A stretch of 64,000 nt of DNA from Candidatus Eiseniibacteriota bacterium (GTDB lineage: Bacteria; Eisenbacteria; RBG-16-71-46; SZUA-252), in assembly GCA_031370645.1 (NCBI GenBank), contig JANMQV010000152.1, positions 16,144 through 80,143 of the forward strand, given 5' to 3'. The notes under the pieces are model-generated. The model was not told the DNA's origin. It ran no database searches and saw nothing but the letters and a program-made list of their open reading frames with translations. How positions within the stretch are numbered: position 1 is the first letter of the stretch; every line of letters begins with the position of its first letter. Shown here one piece after another: positions 47,303 to 55,527 of the stretch. The position numbers and the translations under genes were made by a program.

Positions 47303-49500
47303 GGCGCTCCGTCGTGGCGGCATGGGCGCTCGTGCTCGTGGCGATCTCGATCGTTCCGTCCGCCGCCGAGAGCGCGACCCGGGTGTTTATCGTGAATCAC
47401 GTCGCGTCGAACGACATCCGCGGAGCGGCGCCGTGGGGCGCGTCCCTGGCGCTCGCCACAAACGGCGGGCTCGTCTTCGCCGACACGGCAACCGGGGGCA
47501 CCTCGAAAGTCCTTCGCCGAAGCGGCGGGCTCGCGTCGAACAACCTCATGGCGATCGCCGCCAGTCCCGCCGGCGCCCTCTGGATCGGCACCGCCGATCT
47601 CGGCCTCTCGCGGTACCGGCCCGACGGGACGTTCCCTCGAACGCTCACGTCGTTTGACGGACTCCCGAGCGATCGCGTGCAGGCGCTCCTCCGATCGGGG
47701 GACAGCGTCTGGGTCGCGACGAGCGGCGGCGTCGCCCTCTTCGCCGAGAACCCGGCCAACGGCCAGATCGCGCTCCGACGCTCCGATTCGAAGGCGAGCA
47801 CCGGGGGCGCGTTGGTGAGCGACGACGTGACGTCGTTCGCGGTCTGGAACGACACGCTCTGGTGCGGCACGAACGCGGGGCTCTCGATCTTCGCCTCCGG
47901 AGTCTGGAGCGCGCGAAGTTCCATCGTCTCCGAGCGAGTGCAGGCGCTCCTGGTCGAGCGCGACACGCTCTGGGTCGGAACGAAGACGGGACTTCGCGCC
48001 TACGCCGGTGGAGCCGTCGCGTCGCGCGGGCTGGCGATCGAGACGCTCGCGCTGGCGGCCATTCCCGGCGGCGTCGGGCGCGGAACCACCATCGGCCCTT
48101 ACCTCGAGTCGCCCGACGGCCTCGAGACATCGCTCGGGCTCGCCGGGCTTCCAATCGCGCGCGTCCAAGTGATGACCGCGACCGGCTCCTCGCGCGTGGT
48201 GGCGGGGACCGCGACGGGCCTCGCGCGGCGCGTCGAGGGCGCGACCCCCTGGGAGCCGATCCGGAGCGCCGGCCCCGAGTGGAACGGCGGCTCCCGCGTC
48301 TCGGCGGGAGGAGGAAACGTTTGGGTGACGCTCGGGAACGCGGTCCCGCCCGGATTGGGTATCGGGAGCGTCATGCGCTACGACGGGACGTCGTGGTCGA
48401 TCCTTACCAGCGCCTCGACGGGCGGCAATTTACAGGATGCGGGCGCCATCGGAGTCCTGGCGGCGAGGGACGGCCGGCTCTGGGTCGGGCACTGCTGTTC
48501 GGGCTCGCTCGGGCCCTCGCGCCCTCGCGCCGATCGCTGGGATCCGGGCGCCGACGTCTGGGATCGCCCCGCCGCCTATAACATCATCGCGCTCGCGCAG
48601 GCGCCCTCCGGCCGCGTCTTCGCCGCGGGCGTCGAATACGAGAACGGCCTCTATCTCCTCGACGGGACGACGGCCGCGCTGCTCGATTCCCTCACGCCCG
48701 GGAACACGAACTCCGGGCTGAGCCGAAACAATCTCCGCGACGTCGCGTTCGATCCGTCGGGTCGCGCCTGGATCGCGACGGTCGACAACGGCGTCGATCG
48801 CTGGAACGGAAACGGCACCGACGATCACGCCGACGACGGCTGGACGCACTTCGCGGGCATCGGCTTCCCGAGTCTCCAGACCACGGCGATCGCCGTCGTC
48901 GCCGGCAACGACGCGTGGGTCGGGACGCGAGGCGGAGCGGTTCGAATTGCGAACGACGCGGTCGACCTCTTGGCCACGTCGCGCGCCAACAGCGCCATCG
49001 GCGGCGCGGAGGTGAACGACCTCGCGGTGGACGACGACCATGCCGTTTGGATCGCCACCGCCGGCGGATTGACGCGGATCTCCCCCTCCGGGCAGATCGA
49101 GCGATTCGGCGCAGACGACGGGCTCGCGGACGAAGACGTGCTGGCGCTCTCGTGGGACGGCGCACGCGAGATCCTCTGGGCGGTCACCGCCGGAGGGGTT
49201 TCGGAGATTCACCCCGCCCTCTCCACGCGCGCGTCGTTCGACGACGGGAGCTACGTCTATCCCAATCCCGCGACCGCGGCGAGCGCGCCGATTCGGCTGG
49301 GCGGCATCTCGGGCGAGATTCGCGGCGAGATCCGAGATCTCTCGGGAACGCGCATTCGTTCCTTTCACGCGAACCCCGTCGCCACCGCCGTCTGGGATCT
49401 CCGCGACGAGCAGGGATCGATCGTGGCTCCGGGAATCTATCTCGTGGTGCTCCGTCAGGGCGACCTGACGCGCGTGCTCCGCGTGGCGGTCACGCGATGA
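47299..49500 (+). CDS. secreted beta-propeller protein (two-component-regulator-propeller / Reg_prop repeats) with T9SS-type C-terminal sorting domain
   Basis: Signal peptide. Repeated LW(I/V)GT..GL motifs (LWIGTADLGLSRY, VWVATSGGVALF, LWCGTNAGLSIF, LWVGTKTGLRAY, VWIATAGGLTRI). The last roughly 90 aa (YVYPNPATAAS...GIYLVVLRQGDLTRVLRVAVTR) resemble a T9SS CTD. Confidence 0.55.
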   Translation: MRRSVVAAWALVLVAISIVPSAAESATRVFIVNHVASNDIRGAAPWGASLALATNGGLVFADTATGGTSKVLRRSGGLASNNLMAIAASPAGALWIGTADLGLSRYRPDGTFPRTLTSFDGLPSDRVQALLRSGDSVWVATSGGVALFAENPANGQIALRRSDSKASTGGALVSDDVTSFAVWNDTLWCGTNAGLSIFASGVWSARSSIVSERVQALLVERDTLWVGTKTGLRAYAGGAVASRGLAIETLALAAIPGGVGRGTTIGPYLESPDGLETSLGLAGLPIARVQVMTATGSSRVVAGTATGLARRVEGATPWEPIRSAGPEWNGGSRVSAGGGNVWVTLGNAVPPGLGIGSVMRYDGTSWSILTSASTGGNLQDAGAIGVLAARDGRLWVGHCCSGSLGPSRPRADRWDPGADVWDRPAAYNIIALAQAPSGRVFAAGVEYENGLYLLDGTTAALLDSLTPGNTNSGLSRNNLRDVAFDPSGRAWIATVDNGVDRWNGNGTDDHADDGWTHFAGIGFPSLQTTAIAVVAGNDAWVGTRGGAVRIANDAVDLLATSRANSAIGGAEVNDLAVDDDHAVWIATAGGLTRISPSGQIERFGADDGLADEDVLALSWDGAREILWAVTAGGVSEIHPALSTRASFDDGSYVYPNPATAASAPIRLGGISGEIRGEIRDLSGTRIRSFHANPVATAVWDLRDEQGSIVAPGIYLVVLRQGDLTRVLRVAVTR

Positions 49501-49525
49501 CGCCGCGCGCGCTCTCCGACTCGCG

Positions 49526-50500
49526 ATGAAATTCGAGTCGCCGCTCGTCCTCGTTTCGCCTCCCGATCGCGAGCGCTGGGACGCGCTCGTCGCGGGCGCG
49601 CCGGGGGCGAGCTTCATCCACACACCGGCGTGGGCCAAACTCTGGACCGACGAATGGCCGGACTCCCGCTGGGAAGCGCTCGTGGTGGAGGAAGGGGGCG
49701 CCTACGCCGCGGGGCTCGGAGCGATCGTTCGGCGCCGCGGGCCGTTTCGCACGATCGACGCCATGCCCTTCGCCACCTACGGCGGGCCACTCGTCCGAAA
49801 GGGACACCCCGACCCCCGCGGCCTCTCGACGGCGCTCCTCGAAGGATTCGCCCGATGGATCGGAGGCCCCTTCGTGCTCCGCGCTTCGCTGGCGTGGGAG
49901 CGGGGCGATCGCGACGCGTTTCCCGACCGCCTGCCTCCGCTCGAGTCGTTCACGCACGTGCTGCCGCTGTCGGCGGATTACGAGGAGGTCGCGTCCCACT
50001 TCTCTCCCTCCACGCGACGGCTCGTTCGGCAGGCCGACGAGAGCGGCCTTTCGATCGAAACGGCCGACACGATCGAAAAGATCGGCGCCTTCTACGGCCT
50101 GGCCGTGGAAACCGTGCGGCGCCGCGGCGGCACGCCGAAGCCGCGATCGCTCTACGAACGGATCTTTCACGATCTCGTCTCGAAGGGATCGGGACGCTAT
50201 CACCTCGTCCGTCACGGCGAGAACGTGGTGGCGGGGAGCCTCCATTTTTTCCACGAGGGCGTGGCGACGAACTGGCTCCCGGTTTCGAGCGAGGCGGCGT
50301 GGCCGCTTCGGCCGAATAATTTCCTCATCGCCTCGATCCTCGAAACGCTGAGCGCCGCGGGCTACCTGGAATACAACTTCGGCGCCTCGCCCCCCGACGC
50401 CTCGGGTCTCATCCGCTACAAAGAGGGGTGGGGCGCGCGGAGCCGCCCCGTCCTTCTCGCGGGGCGCCGCTCGGGACTCCACCGGCGCTTCCGCCCGTAG
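49526..50500 (+). CDS. FemAB-like / GNAT-fold acyltransferase (peptidoglycan-bridge-formation fold; often seen next to EPS loci)
   Basis: Length and duplicated GNAT-like fold arrangement (NWLPVSSEAAWPLRPNNFLIASILE). No closer family motif confirmed. Confidence 0.45.
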   Translation: MKFESPLVLVSPPDRERWDALVAGAPGASFIHTPAWAKLWTDEWPDSRWEALVVEEGGAYAAGLGAIVRRRGPFRTIDAMPFATYGGPLVRKGHPDPRGLSTALLEGFARWIGGPFVLRASLAWERGDRDAFPDRLPPLESFTHVLPLSADYEEVASHFSPSTRRLVRQADESGLSIETADTIEKIGAFYGLAVETVRRRGGTPKPRSLYERIFHDLVSKGSGRYHLVRHGENVVAGSLHFFHEGVATNWLPVSSEAAWPLRPNNFLIASILETLSAAGYLEYNFGASPPDASGLIRYKEGWGARSRPVLLAGRRSGLHRRFRP

Positions 50501-50508
50501 GCCGACGC

Positions 50509-51651
50509 GTGCGGATCCTCCTCCTCGCGCACGCACCGTCGATCCACACGCAGCGCTGGGCGCGGTCGCTCGGGGCGCGGGGGCACGACGTGCGGCTTCT
50601 CTCGGTGACGCCGGCGCCGAGCGCGGCCGTCCCGGGCGAGCCGATCGGTTGGCGCGGCGCGCCGCTTCCGTTTCTCCGCTATGCCGCCGCGCGGGGAAAG
50701 GTGCGGCGCGTGCTCGAGTCGTGGAAGCCGGACGCGACGGTCGCGCACTTTCTTCCGAATTACGGGTTCCTCGCCATGCTCTCCGGCGCGCATCCCTTCG
50801 TGCTGACGGCGTGGGGCTCCGATCTCCTCGTGAACGCCCGCCGCTCGCCGTTTCACGAGGCGCGCGCTCGCGCGGTGCTGGGGCGCGCCTCGCTGATCCA
50901 CGTCGATTCCGAGAATCTCGCCGTCGCCGCGCGGGCGCTTGGCGCCGAGCCCCACCGCCTCTGGATGCGCCCGTGGGGCGTGGAGGTGGACGCCCTCGCG
51001 CCCGCGTCGCCCTGGAATGAGCGACGCGTGCGCGCCGGCGCGATCCGCGTCCTCTGGAATCGGATGCTCGAACCGCTCTACGATCCCGAGACCTTGCTTC
51101 GGGCGCTCGAGGCGCTCCGACGGAGCGGCCGCGATGTACGAGCCACGATCGCGGGGGACGGTCCGCTCCGTCCCGCGCTCGAGGTCGCTGCTGCGCGTCT
51201 CGGCCTCGCCGCGAACGTCCGCTTCACCGGGCGGGTGGACGAAGCGGCGATGCGCGCCCTCTACCGGGAACATGAGTTCTACGTCTCCATGTCCCGATCC
51301 GATTCCACTTCGCAGTCGCTCCTCGAGGCGATGGCGTCGGGGCTCTATCCGATTGTGAGCGACATCGCGGGGAACCTCCCCTGGGTGCGGGGCGCCGCGG
51401 CCGCGCGCGAAGCGGCGGGCGATGCGGGGCGCCTCGTGCCTTGCGGCGACGACCGTGCGTTGGCGGCGGCGATCATCGCGGCGGCCGACGATCCCGATGG
51501 CGCGGAACGAATCGCTCGAGGGATCGCGCGCGTTCGCGCGGAGGCGGACTGGAGAGAGACCGTGTCGCAATTCGAGGCGCGGCTCGCCCTGCTTTCGCGC
51601 GACGCCCGAAACGGCGCGGGAGCAGGACCCGGGGGAGCGAGCCGGGCATGA
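50509..51651 (+). CDS. glycosyltransferase family 4
   Basis: GT-B fold. C-terminal GT4 motif (SRSDSTSQSLLEAMASGLYPIVSDIAGN). Confidence 0.7.
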   Translation: MRILLLAHAPSIHTQRWARSLGARGHDVRLLSVTPAPSAAVPGEPIGWRGAPLPFLRYAAARGKVRRVLESWKPDATVAHFLPNYGFLAMLSGAHPFVLTAWGSDLLVNARRSPFHEARARAVLGRASLIHVDSENLAVAARALGAEPHRLWMRPWGVEVDALAPASPWNERRVRAGAIRVLWNRMLEPLYDPETLLRALEALRRSGRDVRATIAGDGPLRPALEVAAARLGLAANVRFTGRVDEAAMRALYREHEFYVSMSRSDSTSQSLLEAMASGLYPIVSDIAGNLPWVRGAAAAREAAGDAGRLVPCGDDRALAAAIIAAADDPDGAERIARGIARVRAEADWRETVSQFEARLALLSRDARNGAGAGPGGASRA

Positions 51652-52985
51652 AACGGCTTCTCGTCCTCGCCTACTTCTTTCCGCCCCTCGGCGGCGGCGG
51701 ATGCCAGCGGACGCTCAAACTCGTTCGCTACCTCGAACCGAACGGATGGGTCTCCACCGTGGTGACGGTGAAGGAACCCGACTACTGGATCCTCGACCCG
51801 ACGCTCCTCGAGGAGATTCCCGCTTCGTGCGAGGTGGCCCGCGTGAGCGCGCTGACTTCGCAGCGTCTCCTCCGCCTCCTTGGGGGTGCGGGCGTTCAAC
51901 TGGAGGAGCGACAGGGGACTCGGCGCGCGGGAGCCTTCCGCGCTCTGAGACGCCTGCAGCAATTCGTCGCGATCCCCGACGGCTATCGCCCCTGGGCGCG
52001 CGCCGCCGAGCGCGCCGCCGCTGCGCGCCTCGCGAAGGGAGGCATCGACGCGCTCTGGACCACGTCGTCGCCCGAGAGCGCGCATCTCGCCGGCCTCGCG
52101 CTGAAACGGAAATTCGCGCTCCCGTGGATCGCCGACTTTCGTGATCCGTGGGTCGGGCGCGTCACCTATGCGCCTCCCACCGCGTGGCACGATCGCCGGC
52201 ACCGCGCGCTCGAACGTGAAGTCGTCGCCACCGCCGATCGCGTCACTGTCGTGAGCGAAGCCATGGCGGCGCGGTTCCGGGAGCGCTATCCCGCGCTCGG
52301 CCCCGCGCACTTCGTCGTGCTTCCGAACGGATACGACCCCGACGACTGGGCGCGTGTCGCGCGACTCCCGTTGTCGCTCGAGCCGGACGCGGCTCGTGAG
52401 GCCGACGCGCGGCGTTTCGTCGTGCTTCATGCCGGCCAGCTGGCGCATCGCCCCACCGTCGGCGACCTGCTCGCCGCCGTGGCCCGCCTCGTGGAGGAAT
52501 CGCCCGCACGCCGGAAGACGCTTCGGCTCCGTTTCATGGGTGGAAACGAAGGGCTCGACGCGGCGACCGTGGCGCGGAAGGGGCTCTCGGAGGTCGTGGA
52601 TCTTCTGCCGTCGCGTCCCCACCTCGAGGCGATGGCGGCCATGAGGCGGGCGAATCTCCTTGTCCTCTTGGGCCATGGCGGAGAGGCCGATTCCCAACTC
52701 TACACGGGGAAAATCTACGAATACCTCACGAGTGGAACGCCGCTTGTCGGCGTCCTCGGCCCAGGCCCGGCCAGCGACCTCATCTCCCGAGCGGGAGGCG
52801 GCCGCGCGTGTCTTCCAGGGGACGTAGATGGCGTCTGTTCCGCGATTCGATCCCCCCTGGAGGCCTGGGAACGACATGAAAAGCGGCAGGACCTCCCACT
52901 TCCAGCGATCGCCGTCGAGTGGGAGCGCCGAACCATGGCCCGGCAGGCCGCCGAACTCCTCGATTCAGTCCATTCCAAGCGCTAG
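51648..52985 (+). CDS. glycosyltransferase family 4
   Basis: N-terminal FFPPLGGGGCQRT motif typical of GT4 enzymes acting on membrane-bound acceptors. C-terminal GT-B Rossmann domain. Confidence 0.7.
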   Translation: MKRLLVLAYFFPPLGGGGCQRTLKLVRYLEPNGWVSTVVTVKEPDYWILDPTLLEEIPASCEVARVSALTSQRLLRLLGGAGVQLEERQGTRRAGAFRALRRLQQFVAIPDGYRPWARAAERAAAARLAKGGIDALWTTSSPESAHLAGLALKRKFALPWIADFRDPWVGRVTYAPPTAWHDRRHRALEREVVATADRVTVVSEAMAARFRERYPALGPAHFVVLPNGYDPDDWARVARLPLSLEPDAAREADARRFVVLHAGQLAHRPTVGDLLAAVARLVEESPARRKTLRLRFMGGNEGLDAATVARKGLSEVVDLLPSRPHLEAMAAMRRANLLVLLGHGGEADSQLYTGKIYEYLTSGTPLVGVLGPGPASDLISRAGGGRACLPGDVDGVCSAIRSPLEAWERHEKRQDLPLPAIAVEWERRTMARQAAELLDSVHSKR

Positions 52986-53074
52986 CCTCCGCCTTCCTCC
53001 CCACGATTTCCCCCCCCTTCCGTAAGCCTTTGGACTCCATGGAAATAAAATTTCATTTTTTCTAGGATTCCGCG

Positions 53075-53103
53075 TTGACACCCCCTATCGGGATGCCTAG
53101 GAT
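53075..53103 (+). promoter_or_regulatory. sigma70-like promoter of the dcw cluster (TTGACA-17 nt-TAGGAT), preceded by an AT-rich UP-like element
   Basis: TTGACA at 53075-53080, a 17-nt spacer, TAGGAT at 53098-53103. An unusual AT-rich stretch sits just upstream (53041-53066, GGAAATAAAATTTCATTTTTTCTAGG) in a 70% GC genome. Confidence 0.5.
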
Positions 53104-53111
53104 GCGCGCTG

Positions 53112-53139
53112 GTGGAGGGAAGTGGGGAATTGTGGGGGG
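53112..53139 (+). promoter_or_regulatory. MraZ-binding-repeat-like direct repeats (GTGG[A/G]GG x3 at exact 10-bp spacing)
   Basis: GTGGAGGGAA / GTGGGGAATT / GTGGGGGGAT starting at 53112, 53122 and 53132, just downstream of the -10 element. E. coli MraZ binds GTGGG direct repeats separated by 5-nt spacers in the same relative position. Confidence 0.5.
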
Positions 53140-53203
53140 ATGAGCTGGTGGCCTTCCCACCTGCTCCCAAGGGCACTCAGAGGCGACACGGGCGAGTCAG
53201 GGG

Positions 53204-53644
53204 ATGGCGACGTTCCGCGGTAGCTACGAACACACCATTGATCACAAGGGGCGCGTCAGCATTCCGGCGCGCTTCCGCCGCCAGTTGTCCGGTGACGCGA
53301 ACGAGACGTTTGTCGTTCTCCGCGGCCTCGACACCTGTGTCGCGCTCTATCCCGCCGACGAGTTCCGCCGACTCGAAGAACGCCTTCGCGCCCGCTCGTT
53401 CACCGACGAGACGACGCGTCGTTTTCAGCGGCTCCTCTTCCACGATTCGCGCGACGAGACGCTCGATGCGCAGGGACGCGTGGCGCTTCCGCCCGCGCTC
53501 ATCACGCACGCCGAACTGAAGCACGGCGTGCTCGTGAAGGGCGTGCTCGACCACATCGAAATTTGGAATCCCGACACCTACGAGCGCTATGTCGGCGCCT
53601 CGAATCGAACATACGAAGAAATCGCGGGAGAACTCCTACTGTGA
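53204..53644 (+). CDS. mraZ: division/cell-wall cluster transcriptional regulator MraZ
   Basis: Tandem MraZ/SpoVT-AbrB-like domains with the DxxGR motifs (IDHKGRVSIPARFR, LDAQGRVALPPAL). Confidence 0.9.
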   Translation: MATFRGSYEHTIDHKGRVSIPARFRRQLSGDANETFVVLRGLDTCVALYPADEFRRLEERLRARSFTDETTRRFQRLLFHDSRDETLDAQGRVALPPALITHAELKHGVLVKGVLDHIEIWNPDTYERYVGASNRTYEEIAGELLL

Positions 53645-54093
53645 TCGCCGCCACGCTTCGCCGCGACCGGACTTCGGTCGGAGAACACCCGACCTACCAG
53701 TGGGACGCCGCGCTCGACGCCGGCGCGCGCACGATCCGGCTCTACGGCCGCCTCGGCGAGCGCGAACTTCGCCGCGTGCTCGACGCGATCGTGGAGCGAG
53801 CCCGTTCGCCGCGCGACACGGTGCACGTCGATTTCTCCGGCGTCTCGCACGTCGACTTCCGAGCCGTCGCGGAGTTCTTGGCGGCGCTCGGACGCCTTCG
53901 CGATCGAAGCGCGGCGATCTGGATCGTCGGGGCATCGCCCTACATTCGGCAGCTCATGGACGTCTCGGGTGAGGGGTCGCTGCGGCGAGCGCTCTCCCCA
54001 GACGTGGGACCCGCGGCAAGTGCGGCCCGGCCGGGAGGAGACGAACTCCGCGCGGCCGAGCGGCGCGCGCTTCGAGCGGGCACCTGGAACTAG
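53641..54093 (+). CDS. STAS-domain protein (anti-sigma-factor-antagonist-like) inserted between mraZ and rsmH
   Basis: VHVDFSGVSHVDFRAVAEFLAALGRLRDRSAAIWIVGASPYIRQLMDVSG fits the STAS/SpoIIAA-like fold. GTG start overlaps the mraZ stop. Confidence 0.55.
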   Translation: MIAATLRRDRTSVGEHPTYQWDAALDAGARTIRLYGRLGERELRRVLDAIVERARSPRDTVHVDFSGVSHVDFRAVAEFLAALGRLRDRSAAIWIVGASPYIRQLMDVSGEGSLRRALSPDVGPAASAARPGGDELRAAERRALRAGTWN

Positions 54094-54116
54094 ACGGACC
54101 GACGGGGAACGGAGCG

Positions 54117-55055
54117 ATGTCCGGGCACGTCCCGGTCCTCCTCCTCGAAGCGGTCCGGCTTCTCATCACCGATTCACGCGGCACCTACGTCGACGTCACG
54201 CTCGGCGGCGGCGGGCACTCGGTGGCTTTACTGCACGAGGTGGGAATGGATTCGAGGCTGGTAGGGATGGATTGCGACCCAGCGGCGGTGGAACGCGCGC
54301 GCCGGACGCCGCCTGCCCTGGCCCCACGTTTCACCGCCGTCCGTGCGCGCTTCTCCGAACTGGAACGCGCTCTCGAGTCGCTCGGCATCGCCGAGGTGGA
54401 CGGGATCCTCGCCGATCTCGGCATCTCCTCGACACAGCTCGACGATCCGGTCCGCGGTCTGTCGTTCGACCGTGAGGGGCCGCTCGATATGCGTCTCGAC
54501 CCATCCCGCCCCGATTCCGCCGACTCCCTGATCTCCAAGGTGGACGACGAAACGCTCGTGCGGTGGCTCTCCGAGTATGGCGAGCTTCCCCGCGCGCGCG
54601 CCGCGGCCCGCGCCATCCGCCGCCAGCGCCACGCCCAGGGACATCTCACGACGCGCGGGCTCCGCGACGCGCTGGAGCCGCTCTACCCCGGCCCGTCACG
54701 CCACCGCCGTTTGGCTCAGGCGTTCCAGGCGCTCCGCATGGCGGTCAATCACGAGCTCGAGGAGCTTCGCGCGCTGCTCGACGCGGCCGCGCGGATCGTC
54801 CGGCCCGGCGGGACGCTCGTCGTCATCGCCTACCACTCGATCGAGGACCGGATGGTAAAGCAGGCCTTCCGGCCGCCACGCCCGTTCGAGATATGGGAAG
54901 AGCCGGCGCCCGAGCCGTGGGAGCCGATCACGCCGAAACCGATCCGTCCCGATGACTCCGAAGTTCACGACAACCCTCGCGCGGGAAGCGCGCGCCTGCG
55001 GGCGGCTCGCCGCCGCCCCGGCGTGGCGGCGCCCGTGCGCCGCGAGGAGGCCTGA
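54117..55055 (+). CDS. rsmH: 16S rRNA (cytosine1402-N4)-methyltransferase
   Basis: HVPVLL N-terminus, SAM-binding DxTLGGGGHS, DLGISSTQLD motif. Confidence 0.92.
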   Translation: MSGHVPVLLLEAVRLLITDSRGTYVDVTLGGGGHSVALLHEVGMDSRLVGMDCDPAAVERARRTPPALAPRFTAVRARFSELERALESLGIAEVDGILADLGISSTQLDDPVRGLSFDREGPLDMRLDPSRPDSADSLISKVDDETLVRWLSEYGELPRARAAARAIRRQRHAQGHLTTRGLRDALEPLYPGPSRHRRLAQAFQALRMAVNHELEELRALLDAAARIVRPGGTLVVIAYHSIEDRMVKQAFRPPRPFEIWEEPAPEPWEPITPKPIRPDDSEVHDNPRAGSARLRAARRRPGVAAPVRREEA

Positions 55056-55056
55056 G

Positions 55057-55527
55057 GTGAGTGGCTACCTCCGTCGCTACCGCCTCGAACCGCGCCGTGG
55101 ACACGGCCGTCTCGTGGCCTGCGTTCTTCTCCTCATGGCCGTCCTCTTCGCGAAAGTCTGGCAGTCGACGGCCGCGAATTCGCTCTCGATGGAGCGCGAC
55201 CGCCTTCGCCGCGAGGTGCGCGTGCTGGAGAACCGGATTCGCCTCTCCTCCGAACTCCGCATCCAGGCCGCGCTCCGCGAGGGGCTCGATCATCGGGCGC
55301 TCACGGCGCTCGGCTTTCAGAATCCCGACCCGGCCGTCGTCGTGAACATCGAACTGAGCGACGCGGCGCCCCTCGGTCCCCGAGCAAGTGACGGCGTCGC
55401 CGCGCGATTCAGCGGATTCCTCCGCGGCTTCCAGGGCACGCGCGACCGACGAGCCGACGAGGCCCGCGCCATCGAGGTTTCCACGGAGATTCCCACCGAC
55501 GCAAACGCCGACGAGGGGTCCCGATGA
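55057..55527 (+). CDS. ftsL: cell division protein FtsL-like (single TM + coiled coil)
   Basis: Position between rsmH and ftsI. One TM helix (LVACVLLLMAVLF) followed by a coiled-coil segment. Confidence 0.55.
   Translation: MSGYLRRYRLEPRRGHGRLVACVLLLMAVLFAKVWQSTAANSLSMERDRLRREVRVLENRIRLSSELRIQAALREGLDHRALTALGFQNPDPAVVVNIELSDAAPLGPRASDGVAARFSGFLRGFQGTRDRRADEARAIEVSTEIPTDANADEGSR

Noticed and set aside
45290-47323. 677-aa minus-strand ORF opposite the GT2-WbaP-like fusion gene
   Set aside because: Low-complexity Arg/Glu/Ala translation. The + strand frame carries clear GT2 motifs.
53146-53151. Possible fourth MraZ-box repeat (GGTGG)
   Set aside because: Spacing from the third repeat is 16 nt rather than 10, and the match is short. 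It is not counted in the operator call.
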